Shown one piece after another: positions 29,980-39,867 of a stretch of 64,000 bases of DNA. Position 1 is the first letter of the stretch. The number at the start of each line of letters is the position of its first letter. Origin of the DNA: Pseudomonadota bacterium (GTDB lineage: Bacteria > Pseudomonadota > Alphaproteobacteria > Rhodobacterales > Rhodobacteraceae); NCBI GenBank assembly GCA_038533095.1, contig JBCAZI010000004.1, forward strand, positions 3,028 to 67,027, written 5' to 3'. A model generated the notes under the pieces. It did no database searches. It saw nothing but the letters and a program-made list of their open reading frames with translations, and was not told where the DNA came from. The position numbers and the translations under genes are program-made.

Positions 29980-29982
29980 CTC

Positions 29983-30753
29983 TCACACCTGCAAAACAGA
30001 GCTAACAAGAAGCTGGCTATAGGGATGCTGCGGATCGTCGAGGACTTGATCGGTCAGTCCTGCCTCAACCACATGGCCGGATTTCATGACCATCAACCGA
30101 TCCGCCAACAGCCGGACAACAGCCAGATCATGGGTGACGATGATCGCCGATAGCCCCATATCGCGGACCAGCCCGCGCAAAAGATCAAGCAAACGCGCCT
30201 GCACCGACACATCAAGGCCGCCCGTTGGCTCATCCATAAACACCAGCCGCGGCCCGGTCACCAGATTGCGCGCAATCTGCAGGCGTTGCTGCATACCGCC
30301 CGAAAAAGTCGTAGGCCGGTCATCGACACGGGCAGCATCAATCTCAACCCGTTCCAGCCAATCCGTGGCTTTACCGCGGATGTCGCCATAGTGACGGGCG
30401 CCAACGGCCATCAGACGCTCGCCCACGTTGCCACCTGCGCTGACACCCATACGCAGACCATCGCGCGCATGTTGATGGACAAAGGCCCAATCCGTGCGCG
30501 ACAGCATGCGCCGGGCGGGTTCTGACATCGTGACTGTATCCTGCGGCCCGTCAGCACGTGTATCAAAGACCACCTGCCCGGTATCCGGGGCCAAGTGGCC
30601 GGCCATGCAGTTCAGCAAGGTTGATTTCCCGGACCCGCTTTCACCGACGATCCCCATCACCTCACCGGGGTAAAGATCAAAGGATACATCAGCGCAACCA
30701 ATATGCGCGCCATAGCGCTTGGAAAGACCTTGAACGGACAGCAAAGGTGTCAT
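29983..30753 (-). CDS. phnK: C-P lyase system ATP-binding component PhnK
   Basis: GESGSGKST, FSGGMQQRLQIA and VFMDEPTGGLD. ATG 30753 forms an ATGA overlap with the phnJ stop. The maximal ORF reaches 30798. Confidence 0.85.
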   Translation of the reverse strand: MTPLLSVQGLSKRYGAHIGCADVSFDLYPGEVMGIVGESGSGKSTLLNCMAGHLAPDTGQVVFDTRADGPQDTVTMSEPARRMLSRTDWAFVHQHARDGLRMGVSAGGNVGERLMAVGARHYGDIRGKATDWLERVEIDAARVDDRPTTFSGGMQQRLQIARNLVTGPRLVFMDEPTGGLDVSVQARLLDLLRGLVRDMGLSAIIVTHDLAVVRLLADRLMVMKSGHVVEAGLTDQVLDDPQHPYSQLLVSSVLQV

Positions 30754-31607
30754 GCTGCATCCTTTCCTTTGTATCCGGCGGCTTGTCGTGCCTCGCAATA
30801 ATCTGTGTCGGAACAGACAAACATCCGCCCACCTGCATCATCGACGATCACCTCATCCAGATAGCTGTCCGCGGACCCGCAAAGCCCGCAGCAATGATTT
30901 GCCTTTGAGGCCTCAAACGGGTGATCGTCAAAATCAAGGCTGACGACCTGCGTGTAAGGTGGCAACGCGTAAATGCGCTGTTCCCGTCCGGCACCAAACA
31001 GTTGGATCGCCGCCATATCATTCAGTTTGGGGTTATCAAATTTCGGGATCGGCGACGGGTCCATCACATAGCGTCCCTCGACATTCACAGGATAGGCGTA
31101 AGAGGTGGCGATATGACCGTGACGGCTGATATCTTCATAAAGCTTCACATGCATCAGCCCGTATTCTTCAAGGCTGTGCATCTTGCGTGTCTCGCTTTCG
31201 CGTGGTTCCAGAAATCGCAAGGGTTCAGGGATAGGGACCTGATAGACAAGGATCTGACCTTCTGTCAGCGGCTCTTCAGGAATGCGGTGGCGGGTCTGGA
31301 TCACGGTGGCGTCCGCCGTCACTGTGGTCGTTTTTACTGCCGCCACCCGCTCAAAAAACGTCCTGATAGAGACGGCATTTGTGGTGTCATCTGCACCCTG
31401 ATCGATCACTTTGAATGTGTCCGCCGGGGTCAGCACCGCCGCAGAGACCTGCACCCCTCCTGTCCCCCAGCCATAGGGCATCGGCATTTCGCGACTGGCG
31501 AAGGGCACCTGATAGCCGGGGATTGCAAGCCCCTTCAGGATGGCCCGGCGGATCATCCGTTTGGTTTGTTCGTCAAGATAGGCGAAATTATACGCTTGGT
31601 CTGTCAT
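30750..31607 (-). CDS. phnJ: Alpha-D-ribose 1-methylphosphonate 5-phosphate C-P lyase (radical SAM-like)
   Basis: AYNFAYLDEQTKRMIRRAILKGLAIPGYQVPFASREMPMPYGWGTGG is almost identical to E. coli PhnJ as remembered. The C-terminal Cys cluster CGLCGS...VCSDTDYC is present. Confidence 0.95.
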   Translation of the reverse strand: MTDQAYNFAYLDEQTKRMIRRAILKGLAIPGYQVPFASREMPMPYGWGTGGVQVSAAVLTPADTFKVIDQGADDTTNAVSIRTFFERVAAVKTTTVTADATVIQTRHRIPEEPLTEGQILVYQVPIPEPLRFLEPRESETRKMHSLEEYGLMHVKLYEDISRHGHIATSYAYPVNVEGRYVMDPSPIPKFDNPKLNDMAAIQLFGAGREQRIYALPPYTQVVSLDFDDHPFEASKANHCCGLCGSADSYLDEVIVDDAGGRMFVCSDTDYCEARQAAGYKGKDAA

Positions 31608-32203
31608 AGCAGCCCCCGTTCTTGCAGGCCTGTGCGCAGCGCAGCGGCACCGGTAAAGTGGATGGCATCCATGCCGGCAGCCTTTGCGCCCATGCAGTTG
31701 TGCAAGCCGTCATCGATAAAGACACATTGCGTCGGGTTCACACCTGCCTTTTCGCAAAGCAGGCGGTAAATCTGGACACTGGGTTTGATGATACCCACCT
31801 CGCCCGAAACCACGGTAGTGCCAAAGACGCTGCCCAGTTCGGGGTGAACCTTCAAACCCTCAGGCCATGTTTCCGCCGACCAATTGGTGATCGCGTGCAA
31901 GGCAACACCCGCGTCTTTCAGCGTATACAGAATATCCCATGTCTCGGTCAGCTTGTTTGGCACGGTCCGGGCGTAGCGCGACACATATGCGGCCAGCCGC
32001 GCGGCATCGTCTGGGTCCGCGATGTCTTTGGCTGCCTCGCCGAAGGTGGCACCCGCATCACAGGCGAGGTTGATCTTGTCAAAACCAATACGCGACATAA
32101 AGCTGCGCGCGCCCTCTTCGCCCAGATCGTCCTGCCATGCCAGATGCGCCTGCCAGTCAACCAGCACACCCCCGATATCAAAAACAACGGTGTCCACGCT
32201 CAT
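31604..32203 (-). CDS. HAD-superfamily hydrolase (subfamily IA) embedded in the phn operon
   Basis: 199 aa with motif I VVFDIGGVLVDW, motif II ITNWS and motif IV FIDDGLHN. Has 4-nt overlaps with both phnI (upstream) and phnJ (downstream). Confidence 0.75.
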   Translation of the reverse strand: MSVDTVVFDIGGVLVDWQAHLAWQDDLGEEGARSFMSRIGFDKINLACDAGATFGEAAKDIADPDDAARLAAYVSRYARTVPNKLTETWDILYTLKDAGVALHAITNWSAETWPEGLKVHPELGSVFGTTVVSGEVGIIKPSVQIYRLLCEKAGVNPTQCVFIDDGLHNCMGAKAAGMDAIHFTGAAALRTGLQERGLL

Positions 32204-33288
32204 TCTGCAGCCTCCTGCACCTGGGCAGCGCCTGCTTCGCGGCGCAGCTTGCGCACCAGTTCAAGCTCGGACTGGAAATCAACGTAGTGGGGCAGCTTGA
32301 TATGCTCTAGGAACCCTGTCGCCTGGATATTGTCGGCATGGTAGAGAACAAATTCCGCGTCCTGAGCAGGCGCGCCTTCATCGTCTTCGCCTAATTCTTC
32401 CCAACGCAACGCGCGATCAACCAAGGCCATTGAAATGGCTTTGCGTTCCGTCTGTCCAAAAACCAAACCGTAGCCACGGGTGAACTGCGGTGGTTCTGTC
32501 TTTGATCCTTTGAACTGGTTGACAGTTTCGCATTCTGTCAGCGTCACCTCACCGATCTCGACGGCGAAGCCCAATTCGGGGATATCCATCTGGACCGGGA
32601 CGGTGCCGATGCGCAGTTCGCCCACAAAAGCATGGTTGCGCGCGTAGCCACGTTGCGTGGAATAGGCCAGACCCAGCGTAAACCCTTCATCCGCGCGGGT
32701 CAGCGCTTGCAACCGCAAAGCGCGCTCAGCCGGCATCTCAAGCGGTTCGCGGGTCAGATCAGGCGGAGTAGTGTCATTATGCGGCGCCTCTTCGATCAGG
32801 CCTTCGCGGTTCAAGAACCCCGTCACATGCGGTACATCGCCAACGGTCGCTTCCCGCACAGGGGCCTTGGGCACATCGCCATCTGCAACCAGTTTGAAAT
32901 CCAGCAAACGGTGCGTGTAGTCAAAGGTTGGGCCCAGCACCTGCCCACCGGGCAGGTCCTTGAACGTCGCTGAAATCCGACGATCACAAGCCATCGCACC
33001 GGTATCGACAGGCTCTGACGCGCCAAACCGCGGCAATGTGGTGCGATAGGCGCGGATCAGGAAAATCGCCTCGATCAGATCGCCGCGTGCCTGTTTGATC
33101 GCAAGTGCGGCCAAATCAGGATCATAAAGCGAGCCTTCAGCCATCACCCGGTTCACCGCAAGGCTGAGTTGCTCGCGGATCTGCGCGATGCTGAGTTCCG
33201 CAATGCCGGTATCGCCACGACGCTCTTCGGCAAGCCATGCATGGGCGTTTTCAATGGCGCGTTCGCCGCCCTTTACAGCAACATACAT
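32200..33288 (-). CDS. phnI: C-P lyase core complex subunit PhnI
   Basis: MYVAVKGGERAIENAHAWLAEERRGD matches the PhnI N-terminus. 362 aa. Confidence 0.9.
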   Translation of the reverse strand: MYVAVKGGERAIENAHAWLAEERRGDTGIAELSIAQIREQLSLAVNRVMAEGSLYDPDLAALAIKQARGDLIEAIFLIRAYRTTLPRFGASEPVDTGAMACDRRISATFKDLPGGQVLGPTFDYTHRLLDFKLVADGDVPKAPVREATVGDVPHVTGFLNREGLIEEAPHNDTTPPDLTREPLEMPAERALRLQALTRADEGFTLGLAYSTQRGYARNHAFVGELRIGTVPVQMDIPELGFAVEIGEVTLTECETVNQFKGSKTEPPQFTRGYGLVFGQTERKAISMALVDRALRWEELGEDDEGAPAQDAEFVLYHADNIQATGFLEHIKLPHYVDFQSELELVRKLRREAGAAQVQEAAE

Positions 33289-33851
33289 TATGACACCTCG
33301 GTTGTGCGGGGCAGCGCGGCAAGCTGGTCGCCACAGGTCAGGATGAAGTCCAACCCCAAGGGAAAGAGTGTGCGGTTAGACTCCAACGCCGCCACATCGG
33401 GCACAGATAGTGCAGCACGATCTTTGATCCCCGGACCGGTCAGGGTTGCACCTTTGGCGACAAGTGTCGCGCTTTCAACGATCAGTGTGGCTGAACGATC
33501 CGGATACTCAGACGTGCCGACGGGATAGGCTGAAAGCGGGCCGAGCGCATCCCATGTCCCGACTGCAAACATCGCATGAGATGGGCCGACCACAGGCGCA
33601 CCAGTGTGGAAGGCCAGCCAAGCGCGCAAGTCATCGCAATCAGCCGATCCGGCCAGATAGACAGGCGTTTCCGTATCGCAAAGCGTCAGAAGTATCGCAC
33701 CCGCTGCGGGGGATAGCGCGGCAGGCGGCAAGGCCCCCTCGACTGTTTGAATGGTGCCGGGACGCGCCATCGCCTCCATCACATTGCGAAAGACGTCTGC
33801 GGATTGAAGGGCGGGGTTTGCAAAACCGCCCGAAAGGGTCTGCGCCTGCAT
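33288..33851 (-). CDS. phnH: C-P lyase core complex subunit PhnH
   Basis: 187 aa with GFANPALQSADVFRNVMEAMARPG, typical of PhnH. Lies between phnG and phnI. Confidence 0.85.
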   Translation of the reverse strand: MQAQTLSGGFANPALQSADVFRNVMEAMARPGTIQTVEGALPPAALSPAAGAILLTLCDTETPVYLAGSADCDDLRAWLAFHTGAPVVGPSHAMFAVGTWDALGPLSAYPVGTSEYPDRSATLIVESATLVAKGATLTGPGIKDRAALSVPDVAALESNRTLFPLGLDFILTCGDQLAALPRTTEVS

Positions 33852-34306
33852 CAGTCTTCCCCGCGTGCCATGGTAAAGAAGTCCACTTTCGTGGCGGCTG
33901 CCTTTTCGGCGCGCGCCGCCTTTGCCGCGGTGATCTGTGCCGCGAGCGGGTCAAGGACCTGGGTGCGCACCGTTTCAGCCGCAGAGGTTTGCATCATGGC
34001 ATCGACCAATGCGGCGGCTTCTGCATCTGCCTTACGGCGGCCCTGAATATAGGCGTGCCCAACTTCGCCGGTTGCCAGGGTCAGGGCGCAGCGGGTCACC
34101 GTCATCTCGCCCAGATTGAACGGGGCGCCGGTCCCACCAGCGCGACCGCGCACCATGGTGCTGCCAATCTCTGGCGCGCGCAGCCAGGTGAAATCTGGGC
34201 GGTCGATCGCATCATCCAGCAAGGCAGCAACACCACCTTCGGGTGCCTTTGCCAGCAAGCTCATCCAAGCTTTGCGCGGCGCATTTTCATCAAAGGTGTC
34301 TTTCAT
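33851..34306 (-). CDS. phnG: C-P lyase core complex subunit PhnG
   Basis: About 151 aa from ATG 34306 (MKDTFDENAPRKAWMSLLAKA). First gene of the phnGHIJ string. The maximal ORF reaches 34342. Confidence 0.8.
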   Translation of the reverse strand: MKDTFDENAPRKAWMSLLAKAPEGGVAALLDDAIDRPDFTWLRAPEIGSTMVRGRAGGTGAPFNLGEMTVTRCALTLATGEVGHAYIQGRRKADAEAAALVDAMMQTSAAETVRTQVLDPLAAQITAAKAARAEKAAATKVDFFTMARGED

Positions 34307-34325
34307 CTCGACAACTTTTCCATAT

Positions 34326-34341
34326 ACTATACAACTATACA
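34326..34341. promoter_or_regulatory. Tandem ACTATACA-ACTATACA repeat in the phnG/phnF divergent region (candidate PhnF/HutC-type site)
   Basis: Read directly. On the other strand it reads GTATAG-TT-GTATAG. It lies between phnG ATG 34306 and the phnF start 34388. Confidence 0.3.
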
Positions 34342-34387
34342 TATCTTATCATGTTGCCGCCCAAAAGACAGTGGAGATTTGTGAAAC

Positions 34388-35107
34388 TTGCGTGACACTT
34401 CTGCCAAAACCCCGATCTGGAAGGCGATTGCTAATGCCCTGCGCGGCGACTTGGCAGAAGGGCGGTATCGCCCCGGCGACAAGCTACCCACCGAAGCAGC
34501 TTTGGCCGACCGCTTTGGTGTAAATCGCCACACGGTCCGTCATGCTATCTCTGCTTTGGTAGAGGAAGGCCTGATCCGCACCCGGCGTGGTGCCGGTGCC
34601 TTTGTTGCGGCGATCCCCACGGATTATCCCATCGGAAAGCGCGTTCGGTTTCATGAAAACCTGATCGCAGCAGGTCGGCGGCCGGAAAAGCGGGTGCTGC
34701 AGGTCGAAGAACGTATCGCAACCGATGGTGAGGCCGCGGCACTCAACATCGCCAAGGGCGAAATGGTCTGCGCCTACCATGGTCTTTCACTGGCGGATGG
34801 GCAGGCCATCGCAGTTTTTGAAAGCTTGTTTCCAATGTCACGTATCAACGGCATGGCGCAAGCGCTGCAGGACACCAGCAGCGTGACCGAAGCTTTGGCC
34901 CATGTCGGCATTGACGACTACACCCGCGCCTCAACCCGGCTGACGGCGACACGCGCGACAGCGACGCAAGCATTGCATCTACAGATTGCCGAAGGGGACC
35001 CTATTTTGCGGTCGTCGGGGCTGAATGTCGATATGGCGGGTCAACCCGTGGAATACGGGCGTACATGGTTTGCCGGTGACCGCGTGACGCTCACGCTAGA
35101 AGGCTAG
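34388..35107 (+). CDS. phnF: GntR/HutC-family phosphonate utilisation regulator
   Basis: wHTH: [31 protein letters not shown], plus a UTRA-like C-terminal domain. Divergent from phnG. TTG start in the track. Confidence 0.85.
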   Translation: MRDTSAKTPIWKAIANALRGDLAEGRYRPGDKLPTEAALADRFGVNRHTVRHAISALVEEGLIRTRRGAGAFVAAIPTDYPIGKRVRFHENLIAAGRRPEKRVLQVEERIATDGEAAALNIAKGEMVCAYHGLSLADGQAIAVFESLFPMSRINGMAQALQDTSSVTEALAHVGIDDYTRASTRLTATRATATQALHLQIAEGDPILRSSGLNVDMAGQPVEYGRTWFAGDRVTLTLEG

Positions 35108-35721
35108 CCTTCGTATTTTTCAAGGAACGCCTCTGCCCGTAACGTACGAAAGTCATCCAATCCCGCGCGCAGTGCGGCCTGTGACCAATCCCACCAGGCC
35201 AGTGCAATCAACCGATCTGCGATGTCGCGCGGTTGGCGCAGCCTAAGCGGTGTTGCGGGCGTTCCGGCCACAATCGTATAGGGATCAACATCCTTGGTCA
35301 CCACCGCACCGGCGGCCACAACCGCCCCGTGGCCCAGCGTGACCTCTGGTTTGATCATTGCCCCAGCGCCGATCCACGTGTCATGGCCGATATGGGCAAT
35401 GCGGGATTTGCGATGGGCAAAGAAAGCCGTGTCACGCCCCGCGTCATCCCAATAATCATCGGACCTATACAGAAAATGATGGCACGCGGCGGTATCCAGC
35501 GGGTGGTCAGTCGCCCCGATCCGCGAAAACGCCGCGATATTCGCAAATTTCCCGATCTCTGCATTCGCGATATCGGCAAAGCGGTCGCAATAGCTATAAT
35601 CGCCAAAACGCGCATGCGCGACGCGGCTGCCTTTGCCAATTTCGACATAAGCCCCGAAACTGCTGTCCGTGATCTCGCAATCGGGGTGAATAAACGGGTT
35701 CTCCGCCGAAAGACGTGCCAT
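35104..35721 (-). CDS. Hexapeptide-repeat transferase of the phosphonate-operon type (TIGR03308-like; functional analogue of PhnO is an inference)
   Basis: Left-handed beta-helix repeats ([48 protein letters not shown]). ATG 35721 overlaps the phnE stop. The maximal ORF reaches 35826. Confidence 0.7.
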   Translation of the reverse strand: MARLSAENPFIHPDCEITDSSFGAYVEIGKGSRVAHARFGDYSYCDRFADIANAEIGKFANIAAFSRIGATDHPLDTAACHHFLYRSDDYWDDAGRDTAFFAHRKSRIAHIGHDTWIGAGAMIKPEVTLGHGAVVAAGAVVTKDVDPYTIVAGTPATPLRLRQPRDIADRLIALAWWDWSQAALRAGLDDFRTLRAEAFLEKYEG

Positions 35722-37034
35722 CAGTCTTTGCGTCCGATCAACTTGCCGCGTAACCACCCAGAGAACCAATCCATAAACATCACCATAGCGATAATCAGAA
35801 TGATGTAATAGGCGACCTCTTCCCAATCCTTTTGGGTCTGGATCGCTTGGGTCAGCATCAATCCGATACCGCCGCCGGTGATCGCCCCAATGATGGTGGC
35901 AGACCGCGTGTTGGATTCAAGAAAATACAGGACCTGCGCCAAAAGGACGGGAACGACCTGCGGGATCACACCAAAGCGGTAGCGCTGCAGGGGTTTGGCC
36001 CCCGTCGATGCCACACCTTCGATCTGCTTGTTATCCACATTTTCCAAAGCTTCGGAAAACGTTTTGCCGAATGTACCCGTATCGGTAATCAAAATCGCCA
36101 AGGTGCCGGTCAAAGGACCAGGCCCGAAGGCACGGGCCAGCACGACTGTCCAGATCAGCGCATCAACGCCGCGCACGAAATCAAACAGCCGCCGGGTTGC
36201 CGCGCGCAGCAGCATGATGGGGGAAAACCGTTTTGCGGCCAAAAACGCCAGCGGCAGTGCCAAAATGGCCGCGCCCATCGTGCCCAGGAATGCCATCAAT
36301 ATGGTTTCACCAATGGCCCAGGCCACATCCTTGTGCCGCCACATGGCGTTGTTCCACCAGTCCGACACAGCACCAGCGATATTACCGCGCGCAGGGTCAA
36401 TCTGATCCCCAAACAGGATCGCCGTCAGGCTCTGACCGTAATAGGGGCTATCAAGCGTAAACCAGAACAGCTCCCAACCGGGGAAGTAATTGAACACTTC
36501 GGTCCGCGCGCCGGTCAGCGTGATACGCCCTTCTGGTGTGGTGATGGCGATCCGCCTGTCGGAGGCCGATATCCAGTTTGGCAGATCATCGGGCAGGTTT
36601 GATGAGACGGTACGCCCTTCTGCCTGTACCGTGATCATGGGGAAATCGGGCAGTTCAATCTCGGTCCGGTTCTCTGGCAGATATCGGACAATATGGTTGG
36701 CCCCCAAATCAACGGTAATTACTTCATCACCGCTGACCCAATCGGGGCGCATACCATCGGGGTAGGTGCCTTTACGTTCCCCCTCGAACGCATATGTTAC
36801 CTCACCCGACCGATTATCGCGGGTGACATGGACCTTATGCGACCAGCTGTCAGAGGCGAGCGTGACCGCGTTATTCATATTGGCGCGCCCAGCAAGGCCC
36901 GGAATATCGAATGCAAAAAAGATATAGGTGAGATAGGCCAGGATCAGAACGGGAATGCCAAAGGCGACAAGGCGTTTACGCGCAAACAGCCCGTCGGCAT
37001 GCGCCTTTGTCTGGGTCAAATCCATCATGCTCAT
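35721..37034 (-). CDS. phnE: Phosphonate ABC transporter permease (long form)
   Basis: 437 aa with a C-terminal PhnE-type permease domain containing [19 protein letters not shown]. Follows the first phnE with a 4-nt overlap. Confidence 0.85.
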   Translation of the reverse strand: MSMMDLTQTKAHADGLFARKRLVAFGIPVLILAYLTYIFFAFDIPGLAGRANMNNAVTLASDSWSHKVHVTRDNRSGEVTYAFEGERKGTYPDGMRPDWVSGDEVITVDLGANHIVRYLPENRTEIELPDFPMITVQAEGRTVSSNLPDDLPNWISASDRRIAITTPEGRITLTGARTEVFNYFPGWELFWFTLDSPYYGQSLTAILFGDQIDPARGNIAGAVSDWWNNAMWRHKDVAWAIGETILMAFLGTMGAAILALPLAFLAAKRFSPIMLLRAATRRLFDFVRGVDALIWTVVLARAFGPGPLTGTLAILITDTGTFGKTFSEALENVDNKQIEGVASTGAKPLQRYRFGVIPQVVPVLLAQVLYFLESNTRSATIIGAITGGGIGLMLTQAIQTQKDWEEVAYYIILIIAMVMFMDWFSGWLRGKLIGRKD

Positions 37035-37921
37035 TGGCCTTGCCCCTCTGTCAGGCGGTTGCGGTAACGGCTGGAAACCTGATCAAAAAAGACGATTGTA
37101 CCAAACAGCAGGATGAAAATCGCCGCGGCTTCATCGAAACGGCCCGGCCCCCAGGCCATAGCATTGCGCAGCTCATATCCCAATCCGCCGGCGCCAACGA
37201 ACCCAAGAATGGCCGAGGCGCGAATGTTGATTTCAAACCGCAGGAGCGTGTAGCTGACGTAATTTGGCGCGACCTGTGGCAATATCCCCAGCAGCATCCG
37301 CTGTGACCAGTTAGCCCCGGTCGAGGCGAGCCCCTCAACCGGTTTCAGATCGGCATTTTCAGCGACCTCGGAAAAGAGCTTGCCCAGCGCACCGGCCGTA
37401 TGGATCGCGATCGCGATCATGGCAGGCACGGGCCCGCCGCCTAGAACAAAGATCAGCACCAGGGCGATCACAATCTCTGGCACGGCGCGCATCACATCGG
37501 AAATGCGGCGGAAAAGGGGGATCAGACTGGGCCAGCGTGCGAGCCCGCGTGTACCTAGCAATGACAAAAACAAACCACCGATCCCGCCAATCAGGGTAGA
37601 GACCGCAGCGATGTTAATTGTTTCAACCAGTGCCGGAAAATATTTGGCGATCAAACCCGGCAGATCGGCACGCTTTTCCCAGGCCTCTGCAAGAACTTCG
37701 GCAGGATAGTCACCGATCTGATGCAGCCCTTCCCAAAAGCCGCCGGCGTTACGATCGTCAGCGACGTTAAAGCCAGAGACCATCAGCATCACAAAGATCA
37801 GCAGCGTCAGCCCGCCATAAAGCCTGCGGCGCTGTATCTGCGCCATATAGCTTGATTGGATGCTATCCACGCTTTGCGGCGCGTGGCCCAGTGATATGTC
37901 TGCCATTCCGACCCCCAGCAA
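37031..37921 (-). CDS. phnE: Phosphonate ABC transporter permease
   Basis: 296 aa with the EVAENADLKPVEGLASTGA EAA-like loop. Confidence 0.85.
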   Translation of the reverse strand: MLGVGMADISLGHAPQSVDSIQSSYMAQIQRRRLYGGLTLLIFVMLMVSGFNVADDRNAGGFWEGLHQIGDYPAEVLAEAWEKRADLPGLIAKYFPALVETINIAAVSTLIGGIGGLFLSLLGTRGLARWPSLIPLFRRISDVMRAVPEIVIALVLIFVLGGGPVPAMIAIAIHTAGALGKLFSEVAENADLKPVEGLASTGANWSQRMLLGILPQVAPNYVSYTLLRFEINIRASAILGFVGAGGLGYELRNAMAWGPGRFDEAAAIFILLFGTIVFFDQVSSRYRNRLTEGQGQ

Positions 37922-37976
37922 AAAACATCCGGCAGCCCCATCATTCTGGGGCTGCCGGACATATTATCTTGTGCGA

Positions 37977-38888
37977 TCAGTTACCGATGACCGACTGGCG
38001 GGCGGCAACGATGCTTTCATAGGTTTCATGGGTCACAGGAATGAAACCAAGCGTATCACCGGCAGCAACGCCATAGGCACATTCGGGGTCGTTTTCGAAC
38101 AGGTTATCAACTAGCTCTGTCATCGTGGCCTTCACATCTGCGGGCAGCGCGCTGCGCAACACGACGGGACCTTCGGGGATAACGTTGGATTTCCAGATCT
38201 GTACCAGATCGTTCATGTCAACCAGACCCGCATCAACCGCACGGCGCAGCGCGCCAGAGTTATAGCCATCTTCCCAGTTGCCCTGGCCGTCGGCCCAGGT
38301 CACACCGCCGTCGATGTCGCCAGCGTTGACTGCAACGATTGTCTGTTCGTGACCACCGGTGAATTTCACTTCACCAAAGTAGTCACCTGACTCCATGGTC
38401 ACGCCGTCTTTATACTGCGGAATTTCGATGGAAGGGATAAGATAGCCAGAGGTGGAGTTCGGATCACCAAAACCAAAGACCTTGCCTTCCATGTCATCCA
38501 GCGATGTGATGCCGCTGTCAACGCGGGCAAAGCCGATTGAATGATAACCGATAGAGCCATCGAGGTTCTGCTTGACCAGCACCGGCTCGACCGCCTCTGG
38601 GTCTTGCAAGTAGGTCGCGGCATAGGATGACGCGCCCAACCAGGCCATATCAATCGTGCCGCCCAACAGGCCCTGAATAACGCCGTTATAGTCGGCAGGT
38701 GCGAACAGCTTGGTTTCAACGCCCAGCGCTTCGTTCGTATACTCGACCATGCACTGGTAGTTGTTCATGCGGTCCTGTGCGTTCTCACCACCCAGAATAC
38801 CGATGCGGAATTCAGTGATCTCTTGGGCTGATGCGCCAGTGGTCAGCGCCGTTGATGTGGCAAGCGCAATTAGAAGGGTCTTTTTCAT
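37977..38888 (-). CDS. phnD: Phosphonate ABC transporter substrate-binding protein
   Basis: ATG 38888 after GGAGAG. Signal peptide MKKTLLIALATSTALTTGASA. FGFGDPNSTSGYLIP motif. The maximal ORF reaches 39038. Confidence 0.85.
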   Translation of the reverse strand: MKKTLLIALATSTALTTGASAQEITEFRIGILGGENAQDRMNNYQCMVEYTNEALGVETKLFAPADYNGVIQGLLGGTIDMAWLGASSYAATYLQDPEAVEPVLVKQNLDGSIGYHSIGFARVDSGITSLDDMEGKVFGFGDPNSTSGYLIPSIEIPQYKDGVTMESGDYFGEVKFTGGHEQTIVAVNAGDIDGGVTWADGQGNWEDGYNSGALRRAVDAGLVDMNDLVQIWKSNVIPEGPVVLRSALPADVKATMTELVDNLFENDPECAYGVAAGDTLGFIPVTHETYESIVAARQSVIGN

Positions 38889-38940
38889 CGTTCTCTCCAT
38901 TTGATGAAATCGCCCGCGGGATCGCGGGCGCGTGAACAGG

Positions 38941-39747
38941 TCAAGCTGGAATCGATTCCCGCTCCAGCGTTTCGATCTGGGTTGATGTTGCAGCTTCGGA
39001 AAAATCCGCTCCTGCGCCGTAGATGTCGCGCGCCACACCGGTGGTTAGCTGCGCAGGCGTGCCGTCAAACACAATGCGGCCATCGCGCATGCCAATCACA
39101 CGGTCACAATAGCGCCGGGCGGTATCAAGGGTATGCAGGTTGGCAATTACCATGCGCCCGTCTTCTTCGTGAATATCGCGCAAAGACTGCATCACGACCT
39201 GCGCATTCATCGGATCCAGGCTGGCGATGGGTTCATCTGCCAGAATAATCTTGGGGTCCTGCATCAGGGCGCGCGCAATTGCGACGCGTTGTTGTTGGCC
39301 ACCTGAAAGGGCCTCGGCGCGTTTCGGAGCTTGCTCTGCGATCCCAAGGCGATCAAGGATCTCAATCGCCTGGTGGATGTCAGACTGTGGGTAAAGGTTG
39401 AACATCGTGGCAAGCGTCGACCGCTTGTTCAATGTGCCGTGCAGCACGTTTGACACCACGTCCATACGGGGCACCAGATTGAACTGCTGAAAAATCATCG
39501 CGCATTGGCATTGCCAATCACGCTTTGCAGCGCCGCGCAGGCTGGTGACATCTTCGCCTTCGAAAATAATCTGTCCTTCGGATGCGTCACTCAGCCGGTT
39601 CAGCATCCGTAGCAGTGTAGATTTCCCGGCACCTGAACGGCCGATAATCCCAATCATTGCCGGTTCTTTCACGGATATCTGCGCCGCATCAACCGCAGTT
39701 TTATCTCCGAACCGTTTGGTCAGGCTTCTGATCTCTAACATAAACAT
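38941..39747 (-). CDS. phnC: Phosphonate ABC transporter ATP-binding protein
   Basis: [27 protein letters not shown] and [11 protein letters not shown]. Confidence 0.9.
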   Translation of the reverse strand: MFMLEIRSLTKRFGDKTAVDAAQISVKEPAMIGIIGRSGAGKSTLLRMLNRLSDASEGQIIFEGEDVTSLRGAAKRDWQCQCAMIFQQFNLVPRMDVVSNVLHGTLNKRSTLATMFNLYPQSDIHQAIEILDRLGIAEQAPKRAEALSGGQQQRVAIARALMQDPKIILADEPIASLDPMNAQVVMQSLRDIHEEDGRMVIANLHTLDTARRYCDRVIGMRDGRIVFDGTPAQLTTGVARDIYGAGADFSEAATSTQIETLERESIPA

Positions 39748-39821
39748 CCCCGTCGTTCTGAGGGTGCGGATAAAGCGCGGAAACGACAGGCAGGTGACAG
39801 TTTCTTATCAGTTTCTTTACA

Positions 39822-39844
39822 CTGTCATGACGGATTTATGACAG
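39822..39844 (-). promoter_or_regulatory. Pho box (PhoB binding site) upstream of phnCDEE
   Basis: Minus strand reads CTGTCAT-AAAT-CCGTCAT (39844..39827), which is the 7+4+7 Pho-box layout with one mismatch, about 80 nt upstream of the phnC ATG. An extra CTGTCAT lies on the plus strand at 39822..39828. Confidence 0.7.
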
Positions 39845-39867
39845 GCGCAGCCCAGTCTGTTGTGGGG

